Source: an archaeon (lineage in GTDB: Archaea > Nanobdellota > Nanobdellia > Pacearchaeales > GW2011-AR1). Taken from it: a stretch of 41,513 nucleotides of DNA. The translations under genes were made by a program, and so were the position numbers. Each line of letters starts with the position of its first letter. Positions within the stretch are counted from its first letter, which is position 1. Below the pieces are notes generated by a model. That model made no database searches. It was not told the origin of the DNA and saw nothing but the letters and a program-made list of their open reading frames with translations. The stretch covers positions 1-41,513 of the forward strand of contig JBDRGM010000017.1 in assembly GCA_043817815.1 (NCBI GenBank), in the 5' to 3' direction. Shown piece by piece: positions 18,563-27,860 of the stretch.

Positions 18563-18577
18563 TTTATAGATATTTTT

Positions 18578-21241
18578 TTAAAGATGAAATGCTAGAAAAT
18601 TTCTTGGAAATTTTCCTTGAGTAATATTTTTATCCTCTTTTTTCTTAAATTTTCCAAAGATTTTCAATAAAGGAATTTCAATCATCCCTGTTCTTTTTCC
18701 AGAATGTTTTTTCAATGCATAATTTACTTGCTCAGATTTCCATCCAGATTTTTTTAGTTTAGAAGAAATTTTTTTATCTTCTATTCCTTTGTTTCTTTCA
18801 CCTTGAATATATATAATTAAATTATATAAATCATTTCTATTCTTGAATAAATGACTTTCATATTTGTTCTTGTACCATACCTGCAAGATTATATATGTTA
18901 TAAATCCTATAATACCTAATAAGAAAAGAATTAAAATAAAGAGGACTACTTTTGAAAAATTATCAGGTTCTCCTCCAGGCTCCTTTTCTATAACCAATTT
19001 ACTAATTTCAGGAGAAATAAAAACAGGCAAATCTAAAAAGTCAACATCTTCTGTTGTTGAAAAAACAATTGTTTGGGGTTTTGTTAATTTAATATAGGTA
19101 TATCCGGATTGTTGGTCTTGTAAATAATCTTCTTTAAATTTAAGGTCATCAATATTACTAAGAATTAAATAAGGATTACTCTCCCAGGTATTTTTCTCGT
19201 CTATGTTTAATTCAAATATTCTTAAAACAGGTTCTGCAGAATAACCTTGTTTGACTGAAATTTCTTTAAAAGAAATTTTTGCCTCTATATTTTCCTGGTT
19301 CCAAAGCAGAATCGCATTAATATATTTATCTTCATCTTCAATACCATAATCCTTTTCTTCTATTTCTTTTAATACATATAAATCCATATTATCTGTTTGA
19401 GGGTATAATGAAACTGAATCTACACTTTTAGTTGTAATAACTGATTCTGGAATATCTAATAATAATAAATCAGTCATAACTTGATTGTAATCTTCCTCAT
19501 AAAAAGCATCCTCATAATCTTCTTGAATTTTTTTTAGTTGTTCATCTAACAAATCAACATCTAATATAGAATTCAAACACTCTTGAGAAAACAAATCAAA
19601 CTCTTTAATATGTGTTTTTAAATTATTCAAGTTTTCTAATTTCTCCTTTATTGTTATGTTTATTACTTTTTTTGGAATTTCTACAATTATGTTGAATTTC
19701 TTGGAGAAACTATTTTGTTTTGAGTCTGTGGCATTGATTTCAAGTTCATATTCTCCTGTTAAATCATAGATATGAGTAACTTCATTTTTTTGGGTTATTT
19801 TATAATCTCCGTCTCCAAAATTCCATTTATACATAGTGATATTATTAGGAGATTCAATAATAACCTTAAATAAGGTTGGAAATGCAGACGCTGTTGTTGT
19901 TGGTGTTATTGATTTAATTATAGGAACATCTTTAATATATAACGACTCTGAGTAAATTTCTTTACCATTTAAATCTAACTGAAAATTTACTTCCCCATAA
20001 TCTGATGGAAGAAGAAATCCTTTATTATCCAGGTGTAATTTTTGAAAATCTGCATTTATTGTTGCAGGAATTTCAGTTAAATCATAAAATTTAGTCTCGC
20101 TTATCCCGGGCAAACCTTGTTTGTCATGCACTGCCTTTAAATCTTTGATTGTTATTTCTTGGTTTTTTCCAGAAATAATAATTATGGGGATAGTACAATT
20201 ATCTGTGCAATCAAAACTACCATATGTTTTTAAGATATAATCGCTAACTTTTTCACTAAGTGTATTTATGTCTGACAAAGAGTTTGATATATTCAAGGTT
20301 CCAACACTTGCAAATCCTTTTCCCTCAGCAAATATTTTATATGTGTTGATTTCTGTTCTTGCAGGAAAACCATTAAACCCGCAGTTTGATACTTGTGAGG
20401 AATATCCTTTTGTTTTATATGTGCCACTTCCACTATTAGAATAAATACAAACATAATAGTCTTCTGATTTTGTCACCAAATAATCTATATCGCAGAAAAT
20501 CTCAGCACCACTAGAAATTCCTTGTTTTAACAACTCGCAGGATTTTCTTAAACCTCCTGTAATGCTATAAAGAGACATTGTTAATTTTTTATCTCCTGCA
20601 ATTTCCTCTTTCACCCATGCACCAATCTTAAATCCCGGAGATTCAGAAAGAGATATTCTCTGGCAAAAAGGTATAGTACTTATACTAACTTCATATGTTT
20701 CTTCAGCATCATTAAAACAACCATAGCTTTTTAGAAAAGAGCAATCATTAGCAGATACTTTATTATTTCCAACATCAATTATTCCATCATTTAAAAAATC
20801 CAATTCTATTTGGTTGTAACAAGATGAAGATGCAGTGCTTTCAATAATAAAGTCTATAGAATTCACTGCAGTAATCTCTCCACTAAATTTTAATCCAATA
20901 ATCTTTGATTGTTTAGCATTTAAATTAAATGTTTTTGTTTCTTCTCCATTAGTTGCAGAATAATCTGATATACAGCTTATTGTACTACAGGTATATTCAA
21001 AATCACTTGTTTCTTTTAACAAATTGATTAAGCTTATTGAATTTCCAAGAGAATCTTCAAAAATAGAATTAGATGCTTCATTACTCAGGCTTATATTTAT
21101 CCATCCTTTTAATTCACTATCAGGACCATAAACTGATTCAATTGAATGAGATAAATTTCCAATTTCAAAACTTGCAGAAATTAAATTTAAAGTTAATAAT
21201 AATCCTGTTGCTAAAAAAAAATTTATCACTACTTTTTTCAT
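18578..21241 (-). CDS. large PKD-domain membrane-anchored surface protein (copy 2)
   Basis: YKWNFGDG...VTHIY...GEYEL; full-length homology to 10189..12831 (SAFPTLF, RNDLYNLI, GKRTGMIEIP). Confidence 0.8.
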   Translation of the reverse strand: MKKVVINFFLATGLLLTLNLISASFEIGNLSHSIESVYGPDSELKGWINISLSNEASNSIFEDSLGNSISLINLLKETSDFEYTCSTISCISDYSATNGEETKTFNLNAKQSKIIGLKFSGEITAVNSIDFIIESTASSSCYNQIELDFLNDGIIDVGNNKVSANDCSFLKSYGCFNDAEETYEVSISTIPFCQRISLSESPGFKIGAWVKEEIAGDKKLTMSLYSITGGLRKSCELLKQGISSGAEIFCDIDYLVTKSEDYYVCIYSNSGSGTYKTKGYSSQVSNCGFNGFPARTEINTYKIFAEGKGFASVGTLNISNSLSDINTLSEKVSDYILKTYGSFDCTDNCTIPIIIISGKNQEITIKDLKAVHDKQGLPGISETKFYDLTEIPATINADFQKLHLDNKGFLLPSDYGEVNFQLDLNGKEIYSESLYIKDVPIIKSITPTTTASAFPTLFKVIIESPNNITMYKWNFGDGDYKITQKNEVTHIYDLTGEYELEINATDSKQNSFSKKFNIIVEIPKKVINITIKEKLENLNNLKTHIKEFDLFSQECLNSILDVDLLDEQLKKIQEDYEDAFYEEDYNQVMTDLLLLDIPESVITTKSVDSVSLYPQTDNMDLYVLKEIEEKDYGIEDEDKYINAILLWNQENIEAKISFKEISVKQGYSAEPVLRIFELNIDEKNTWESNPYLILSNIDDLKFKEDYLQDQQSGYTYIKLTKPQTIVFSTTEDVDFLDLPVFISPEISKLVIEKEPGGEPDNFSKVVLFILILFLLGIIGFITYIILQVWYKNKYESHLFKNRNDLYNLIIYIQGERNKGIEDKKISSKLKKSGWKSEQVNYALKKHSGKRTGMIEIPLLKIFGKFKKKEDKNITQGKFPRNFLAFHL

Positions 21242-21275
21242 AATTAGTAATAGGAATCTTATTTTATAAATCTTA

Positions 21276-23144
21276 TTAATGTTTTTCTCTTTGAATTAAA
21301 ACAACATAGATTAAAGTGATTAATATAAATGCTATAATTAAATTATAAAATCCAAAAAATGCAAGTTGAATTTGTGTTGGGCATTCTAGTGTGTCGCTTT
21401 TGCTATAACATTGAGTAAGCAACTGATTTTCACTATTATAAAGAGGATCATAATGCCATCTATCATCAAATTTTGACTCTATAGTGCTACTAAAAAGCAC
21501 ACATGTATTACTATTTCCTCCAGTTCCTGAGATACATTCTAATTGAGTAAACCATCCACTATTATCTGCTGGCCAATCAATATAACTTATAGCAGAATAA
21601 CTTATATATCCATCTGTACAATCATAATCAGTATTTGTATAATCCCATTTACATGTTCCTAGTTCAGAAGTGTCAGAAGAGCCTGCACTTTCTTCACATA
21701 AAGAAGTATCAAACCTGCATTCTCTTGAAGTTCCAGGAGCATAACAAGATAAAGTTCCACCTGGAAAATCATCAATATTTCCACAACCTGTAATTTGGCC
21801 CCAATTAGATCCATCACATGTTTCAGATAAACCATCATTATTAGGTATTTGCACAATTTCATCCCCACAAATTCCTCCAGTAGTACAACCTGTGCATTGA
21901 CTTGAATCAATCAAACATGTAACAGGATTGCAACTTAGACTTCCTCCAGTGCAATCATTAATGTCTGTACATGTCAAATCTCCAAACTCTGTTCCATCAC
22001 ATGTTTCACCTGGGTTGATAACTCCATTCCCACAAGAAGGTCCTGGTATACCTGTGAATTTAGGACTACATATGCCTTCAGAGATATTCCACCAGCACTC
22101 GCAAATATATCCATCTCCACAAGTTATGTCAGGATTGTTTATGTTAACACTATCATCAGCAACCACACAAATATCTTGTTCACATGTTTCTTGTTCAGTA
22201 TAGTCTAAACAAGAATTTATATTTACACAACTTCCTCCACTAAGAATCATGGCTAAATCTCCACTTACCTGTCCATTAACTATAAAATAAAATTCTTCTA
22301 AATCAAATGTTTTATCTAAATCCTCTTGAGTTATTGTCCACTTTTCTATTGCATCTCCTTGGCTATTTACAACACCTGTTATTGCATCACTTCCGACTCT
22401 TATATCATCATCAATGAAAAAATCATTTTCATAAATTTCAAAACTCACTGGTGTATTTTCAGGCAGTCCAACATCTCTTAAAATAAGAGATACTTGTGTG
22501 CTTTCTGGAATTACTTCAATTTCAGCTATTGCAATAATAGGATTATTTGCACTTGCCCAGTAAGCATTTACCTGTTGTGAAATGCATATGCCATTTATAT
22601 CACAGGTTTCTGGTGGTACACAACCAGGAGGACAAGTTCCTGCACAACCATCACTCCCACATTCTTTACCTGTACAATCTGGAACACACACACTACCACA
22701 ACAAATTTTTACAGGATAATCACCAAACTCTCCAATATGAGCATTAGTATCGTCAGACAAAGAAAGCATTTGTATATCATAACCTGGTAGACAACTTCCA
22801 GAATTGCTTGCACATGCTAAATTGCTATAACAAACATCACTATCATAATTATTAAGGGAAGGGATTTCTGCATGAGCATTTGTTACATCTGATAATCCTA
22901 TAATTTTGTTTGCTCCATCACAATTTGTTACCCCGTTGCCAAAATCACAGCACAAAACATAATTATAATTACTCTGGCTTGACAATTCTCCGTGTGCATT
23001 TGTTAGAGCAGACAAACCCATAATAGTATAATCACTGCAAGAAGCTCTTGTTGTAATACTGCAATTATCAGCAGAAACAAATCCTATTAATAGGATTATT
23101 AAGAATAAAAAACTCAAAAACATGCCCCTTTTTTTTTGTTTCAT
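21276..23144 (-). CDS. Cys-rich surface protein with three TNAH repeats and additional Cys modules (copy 2)
   Basis: TNAHG/TNAHA/TNAHI, DCTGKECGSDGC module, CGNGVINPGETCDG repeats, WHYDP, C-terminal TM. Confidence 0.75.
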   Translation of the reverse strand: MKQKKRGMFLSFLFLIILLIGFVSADNCSITTRASCSDYTIMGLSALTNAHGELSSQSNYNYVLCCDFGNGVTNCDGANKIIGLSDVTNAHAEIPSLNNYDSDVCYSNLACASNSGSCLPGYDIQMLSLSDDTNAHIGEFGDYPVKICCGSVCVPDCTGKECGSDGCAGTCPPGCVPPETCDINGICISQQVNAYWASANNPIIAIAEIEVIPESTQVSLILRDVGLPENTPVSFEIYENDFFIDDDIRVGSDAITGVVNSQGDAIEKWTITQEDLDKTFDLEEFYFIVNGQVSGDLAMILSGGSCVNINSCLDYTEQETCEQDICVVADDSVNINNPDITCGDGYICECWWNISEGICSPKFTGIPGPSCGNGVINPGETCDGTEFGDLTCTDINDCTGGSLSCNPVTCLIDSSQCTGCTTGGICGDEIVQIPNNDGLSETCDGSNWGQITGCGNIDDFPGGTLSCYAPGTSRECRFDTSLCEESAGSSDTSELGTCKWDYTNTDYDCTDGYISYSAISYIDWPADNSGWFTQLECISGTGGNSNTCVLFSSTIESKFDDRWHYDPLYNSENQLLTQCYSKSDTLECPTQIQLAFFGFYNLIIAFILITLIYVVLIQREKH

Positions 23145-23180
23145 TTTAATATAGGTAGTAATTCTAATTTATAAATCTTT

Positions 23181-23420
23181 TTAACTCATTATAACTGCCA
23201 AAGGTTTAAGTCTAATTACTTTTTTGTTTATTCCAAGACCCTCAACAGATTTTATAACTTCATCTATGTCTTTGTAAACTTCAGGAGCTTCTTCTGCTAG
23301 AAATTTTATATTTTCTGATTTAATCTCAATCCCTTTTTTATTAAGTTCTTTTTTTACTTCTTCTCCTTTTATTTCTTTTGATGCAGCACTTCTACTTTTC
23401 ACTCTTCCAGCACCATGCAC
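23181..23420 (-). pseudogene. rtcB: relic 3' fragment of an rtcB gene (last ~79 aa)
   Basis: HGAGRVKSRS...EEAPEVYKDIDEV...LKPLAVIMS; homology stops abruptly upstream of V-HGAG. Confidence 0.88.
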
Positions 23421-23513
23421 ATTAATTGGACGCTGTCGCCTTTAGGGAATCAGAGGATGTCACATAGAGATATTTAATTAAAGAATACTTTAAAGCAATG
23501 GTTAGCTAAGCTC

Positions 23514-23539
23514 CTTTATTTTTTGCAATAAAAATAAAG
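23514..23539. terminator. 10-bp AT-rich stem-loop downstream of rtcB copy 2
   Basis: ctttattttt-tgcaat-aaaaataaag. Confidence 0.4.
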
Positions 23540-23578
23540 TATCAATGAACGAACAAGCAGTTCCTGATAAGTAATAGG

Positions 23579-24982
23579 TTACCCTTTAATTACAATCAAG
23601 GGCTTTAATCTAGCGATTTTTTTGCTTATTCCGATTTCATCAACAACTCTGACAACCTCATCAATATCTTTGTAAATTTCTGGTGCCTCTTGCGCAAGCG
23701 CTTTCCAGCTTCCCGATTTAACTTCAATACCTTTTTCTGCAAGCGCGCTTTTTACTTCTTCACCTCTTAAATCTTTCATGGCTTTGCTTCTTGATGATAT
23801 ACGCCCTGCACCATGAACAGTTGAACCCCAAGTAAGCTCTTCTGCTTTTTTTGTTCCAACCATTAAATACGATGCAGTCCCCATTGAACCAGGAATAATT
23901 ACTGGTTGCCCTATCTCTCTATAATTCTCAGGAATTTCTTTTCTTCCAGGTCCAAAACTTCTAGTTGCACCTTTTCTGTGAACGCAAACTTTTTTCCCGT
24001 CAAACTCCTCGAATTTTGCAATATTATGGCAGATATCATAAACAACATCTATATTGATTTTTGGAAAAATGTACGTCATTTCTTCACGAACCCAGTGCGT
24101 AATTAACTGTTTGTTGGCAAATGCAAAATTAGCAGCGCACGCCATTGCAGCAAAGTAATCTTTTCCCAATTGGCTTTTTATTGGAGCATTAATTAACTCT
24201 CTGTCTGGCAGTCCCTTAAATCCGTATTTATCTTCCATTTTCTTTATATAATCTGAAGCAACCTGGTGACCCAATCCTCGGGAACCGCAATGAATCATTA
24301 TTGTTACTTGTTCTTTCTCAATCCCAAAAATTTTCGTAATTTTATCATCATAAATTTCATCAACAAACTGAACTTCTAGGAAATGATTTCCAGCACCAAG
24401 TGTTCCAAGTTGCCCAATTCCTCTTTTAATCGCACGCTCTGAAACCTTTGAAGCATCTGCGCCTTTAATGCAGCCTTCTTCTTCTGTATTGACATAATCT
24501 TCTTTTAATCCATAACCCTTGTCTACAATATATTTCGCACCTTGCTCCAAAACTTTATTCAATTCTTTGCGCGTAATCTGAAACTTACTTCCGCGTCCTA
24601 CACCTGAAGGAATTTTTCTAAACAATGCTTCAACAACTTGCTTTTGTTTTTTTAGTACATCTTCTTTTTTCAAATTTGTTCTTAACAATCTAACTGAACA
24701 ATTGATATCATATCCAACTCCGCCAGGAGAGATTATTCCTTTATCCATATCAAATGCAGCAACACCTCCGATTGGAAAACCATAACCGACGTGCATATCT
24801 GGCAAACCAATAGAATATTTAAGAATTCCTGGCAAATGAGCAACATTTGCAACTTGTTTTAGTGCATCCTCTTCAATTATCATCTTATCGGAGATAATAA
24901 TCTTTCCTGGAACACGCATATCATTTTCTTTCAAAAGAGTATATTCATATTTTCCTATCTTTTTCAAATTTTCCTTATACAT
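23579..24982 (-). CDS. rtcB: RtcB ligase (copy 2) with divergent N-terminus
   Basis: All RtcB catalytic motifs present (LPDMH, DINC, GNH, HCGSR, CHN, HGAG); no intein. Confidence 0.97.
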   Translation of the reverse strand: MYKENLKKIGKYEYTLLKENDMRVPGKIIISDKMIIEEDALKQVANVAHLPGILKYSIGLPDMHVGYGFPIGGVAAFDMDKGIISPGGVGYDINCSVRLLRTNLKKEDVLKKQKQVVEALFRKIPSGVGRGSKFQITRKELNKVLEQGAKYIVDKGYGLKEDYVNTEEEGCIKGADASKVSERAIKRGIGQLGTLGAGNHFLEVQFVDEIYDDKITKIFGIEKEQVTIMIHCGSRGLGHQVASDYIKKMEDKYGFKGLPDRELINAPIKSQLGKDYFAAMACAANFAFANKQLITHWVREEMTYIFPKINIDVVYDICHNIAKFEEFDGKKVCVHRKGATRSFGPGRKEIPENYREIGQPVIIPGSMGTASYLMVGTKKAEELTWGSTVHGAGRISSRSKAMKDLRGEEVKSALAEKGIEVKSGSWKALAQEAPEIYKDIDEVVRVVDEIGISKKIARLKPLIVIKG

Positions 24983-24983
24983 T

Positions 24984-25865
24984 TTAATTTTCCTTTAATA
25001 TATTTTTGATTAATTTTTTATTGATTAATTTTTGTATATCTTCTCTTCTATTTATATTTAACTCATAATAAATAGTTCCAATGCCATTAATTCTTTTGTT
25101 AACTTTTCCATTAATTTTATAGAATTTATATAATAATTGATTTAGTTTGTTAAGATTAACTTCTTCTTTAGATACAATTCTAATATAATAGGGTTTTTTA
25201 ATCCTAACCTTTTTATTTAATAAATCTTTTACAAATAATTCACATTCTTTTTCTTTTGATGGAAAAGACCATTTATATTCAACAAAATCTTTAATTAGAA
25301 CGTCTAATTTCTCTTTTTTATCAGGATGTAAAAAACCTATTTCTTTAGAAAATTTTATCAAATTCCCTTTTCCATAAATAAAAATTCTAAATATACCTCT
25401 TTTTTTATTTACTTTTTTAATTGTTTTTATGCCAAGTTTGTTGAGAGATTTAATAATTTGATTAAGACCTTTTTCATTAACACTATCTAATCCAATATGT
25501 CTATTTTGATGTGTTTTACAAAATACCCATCCCTCACAATCGAAAAATGTTCTTAACCATTTTTTAGATAATCTATCATTAAGCAAAGGCATGACCCACT
25601 CTTTAGAATAAAATGAACCAAACTTTGAAGTAAGTTTTTCATAGAGTTCTTTTTTTTGAACAATACACCTTTCACCAATATTTAATCTTGGTTTAATCTT
25701 AAAATAATTAAAGAATTTCTTTTGAAAATCTTTTAACAGGACTAAATTAGTATTTCTAAACCCAATGTAATAATACTTTTGTTTTTGTGTTTTAGGATTT
25801 TTTATAACATAACCATCAGCACAAAGATAAGAATGTATTGATGTAAGATTTTCATTAAATTTCAT
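24984..25865 (-). CDS. free-standing two-motif LAGLIDADG (DOD-type) homing endonuclease-like protein
   Basis: Motif 1 IHSYLCADG, motif 2 WLRTFFDCEG, LNKLGIKT and FSKEIGFLHPDKKEKL as in intein endonucleases. No Hint/splicing motifs. Own TATA at ~25887-25894; 1 nt from the rtcB start. Confidence 0.85.
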   Translation of the reverse strand: MKFNENLTSIHSYLCADGYVIKNPKTQKQKYYYIGFRNTNLVLLKDFQKKFFNYFKIKPRLNIGERCIVQKKELYEKLTSKFGSFYSKEWVMPLLNDRLSKKWLRTFFDCEGWVFCKTHQNRHIGLDSVNEKGLNQIIKSLNKLGIKTIKKVNKKRGIFRIFIYGKGNLIKFSKEIGFLHPDKKEKLDVLIKDFVEYKWSFPSKEKECELFVKDLLNKKVRIKKPYYIRIVSKEEVNLNKLNQLLYKFYKINGKVNKRINGIGTIYYELNINRREDIQKLINKKLIKNILKEN

Positions 25866-25880
25866 AAGATAAGAAAGAAC

Positions 25881-25973
25881 TTATGGTTTAAATACCTTAT
25901 GTTTATCAGGAACTAACATTTTTCCTTCTTTCAGTATCTCATAAATATTTTGGGAAATCTTTTTGAGTTTCAT
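25881..25973 (-). pseudogene. rtcB: stranded 5' fragment of rtcB (first 22 codons, then 8 unrelated codons)
   Basis: Hand translation MKLKKISQNIYEILKEGKMLVP-DKHKVFKP*; 18/22 identical to the RtcB copy 1 N-terminus; upstream TATA-like tract at ~25995-26003. Confidence 0.9.
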
Positions 25974-26187
25974 TATTTTTGGATGAAGTTATAGTTTATT
26001 AAATTTGCTTATGGAAATTGTTCGCAACAAGTTGCTCAGGATGTATGCGCTGCTCCAAATCAGATTCTGTCAGGATTTTCCGCTAGTTATTTTGTTATAG
26101 ACTTAATAGATTCTATTGGCGAAGTTCCTTGGTGCGAGCCTGGAACTGAGCCAGTCATCTACGAGCTTTAGCGAGCATAATTATTCT

Positions 26188-26589
26188 TCAAACATCAACT
26201 ACAACCTGTGCAATCCATTTATTTTTTTCCTTGCGAATAAACATCTCATTGTAAGTTATGGCTTTGACATCAAGATGAATCTTATAATTTTCTGCTTTGT
26301 CTCCTAAGATCTCTGCTTCAAGCTCTTTTTCTTTAATCTTAACTTTAACTCTTGAAACAAAAAATCCCTCGCTGTCAAACAAAAATAACAACTCTTCTAA
26401 AAAATTATACAACAGACTTTCATTATCATTACCTTGAACACTTACATTCTTCTTAATTTTCTCTTTCACTTTTCCATTAAACATAGCATTAAACATTGCA
26501 AGTGCAGAATTTTCAAAACTCTCTTCTAGAGTTTTCCCAAATGCCTGAAATTTTATATCTGCTGTGTGCTCAAGGAATTTGTATTTCAT
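26188..26589 (-). CDS. archease (copy 2)
   Basis: FLEHTADIKF, VKAITYNEM, VVVDV. Confidence 0.95.
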   Translation of the reverse strand: MKYKFLEHTADIKFQAFGKTLEESFENSALAMFNAMFNGKVKEKIKKNVSVQGNDNESLLYNFLEELLFLFDSEGFFVSRVKVKIKEKELEAEILGDKAENYKIHLDVKAITYNEMFIRKEKNKWIAQVVVDV

Positions 26590-26641
26590 ATAATAATATC
26601 CAGATAGGAGTTTATATTTTTATTGATGTTCCTTAAACTCT

Positions 26642-27130
26642 CTATTTAACCCAGCAAAATAATTTTAATTGTCTTGGGTTGAACATCTCATAATTTGCAG
26701 TTATTGTTACTGGTTGTGCATAAATTTCCTTATTACTTGGCTTATCTAAATCATTTAAAAGACAAGAATCATTTGGTTCACATATTTTTGCTATACATTG
26801 CAAATAATTTGGAGTTTGTTCAATTATTTTATCTTTAAGATTTTGTAATTGTCTTTGTTCAGCATCTTCAAAATCATCCCATTCAATAGGAAGAGGGCTT
26901 TCTGAGATATCTGGGTCATATCCTGATTTGTTTGAGATTAATATGTCTTGTCTAAGATTATCGTTTACTTGAATTCCTCTTAGAATTAAAATCTGTGCAT
27001 CATAAACCTTTGATGAGATATTTTCACCTATATATCCTTTATTTATAAATATTAATAAAACTCCTGTTATCAATAGTATTGCAACAAATGCCTCAACAAT
27101 TTTTATCCATGCTTTTTTATTAATTACCAT
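26642..27130 (-). CDS. pilin-like protein with class III-type N-terminus
   Basis: KKA|WIKIVEAF plus hydrophobic helix; homolog of the N-terminal part of 4983..6242. Confidence 0.72.
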   Translation of the reverse strand: MVINKKAWIKIVEAFVAILLITGVLLIFINKGYIGENISSKVYDAQILILRGIQVNDNLRQDILISNKSGYDPDISESPLPIEWDDFEDAEQRQLQNLKDKIIEQTPNYLQCIAKICEPNDSCLLNDLDKPSNKEIYAQPVTITANYEMFNPRQLKLFCWVK

Positions 27131-27855
27131 ACTTTTACTTCTATGAACCCTGAGTTTATATTTGCTTCTTTATTAATATATAAGAGAGGAATTTCTTCAA
27201 CATAAACGCTTGTGGAAACATTTTTTTCCTCTACTTCAATAATTATTCCCTCCTCTTTATCTATAAATCTAAAGCCAAATTCACTGCCTCCAGGTATATT
27301 TAATTCATCTTTAAGACTTGTATAATTATCCTCATATTCTTGTTTGGTTTTATTTATTTTACTTTCAAAAATTTCTTTTCCTAATAATATTGATTTAATA
27401 GAATATTCATCTTCTTTTAATTTTTTACACGGATTTATTGTTTCTTGTTCTATTTCATCAAATTCCTCTGAATAATATATTTTGAAAAAAATATTGTCTT
27501 CATCTTCTCTTTCTATAAATAGACTTGTACCCTCTATTTTAACATTCTCTGGAATATCCCCAGACTCATTTTTAACAACAATATGTGAATTTATTATATA
27601 TCCTTCTATCTCTGTTCCTATTAGCCCTTCTAATTCAATACATGGTTGATTAATATCTTCTGCAGTAATTATTGTTAGACTTATTAAATCTGCAGAAAAT
27701 TTTTGTATTAATTCTATTTCTAAATCATTTAAAAGGTTTTGTTTGTCTTTTTGGATTATTACTGTTGGTTCTATAATAATAAATAAAAAAATTACAAAAG
27801 TTATAAACACCATAAACGATAAAATTACTCCCACGTGTGATCCTTTTTTTTTCAT
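27124..27855 (-). CDS. pilin-like protein with class III-type N-terminus
   Basis: KKG|SHVGVILSF; homolog of 4298..4981. Confidence 0.7.
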   Translation of the reverse strand: MKKKGSHVGVILSFMVFITFVIFLFIIIEPTVIIQKDKQNLLNDLEIELIQKFSADLISLTIITAEDINQPCIELEGLIGTEIEGYIINSHIVVKNESGDIPENVKIEGTSLFIEREDEDNIFFKIYYSEEFDEIEQETINPCKKLKEDEYSIKSILLGKEIFESKINKTKQEYEDNYTSLKDELNIPGGSEFGFRFIDKEEGIIIEVEEKNVSTSVYVEEIPLLYINKEANINSGFIEVKVW

Positions 27856-27860
27856 TTGAA

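Noticed and set aside
24984-25865. Intein or self-splicing intron in rtcB
   Set aside because: No Hint motifs, the endonuclease is a separate ORF with its own stop, and the downstream rtcB has its own complete N-terminus. There is no room for group I structure, and I saw no convincing bulge-helix-bulge pairing.
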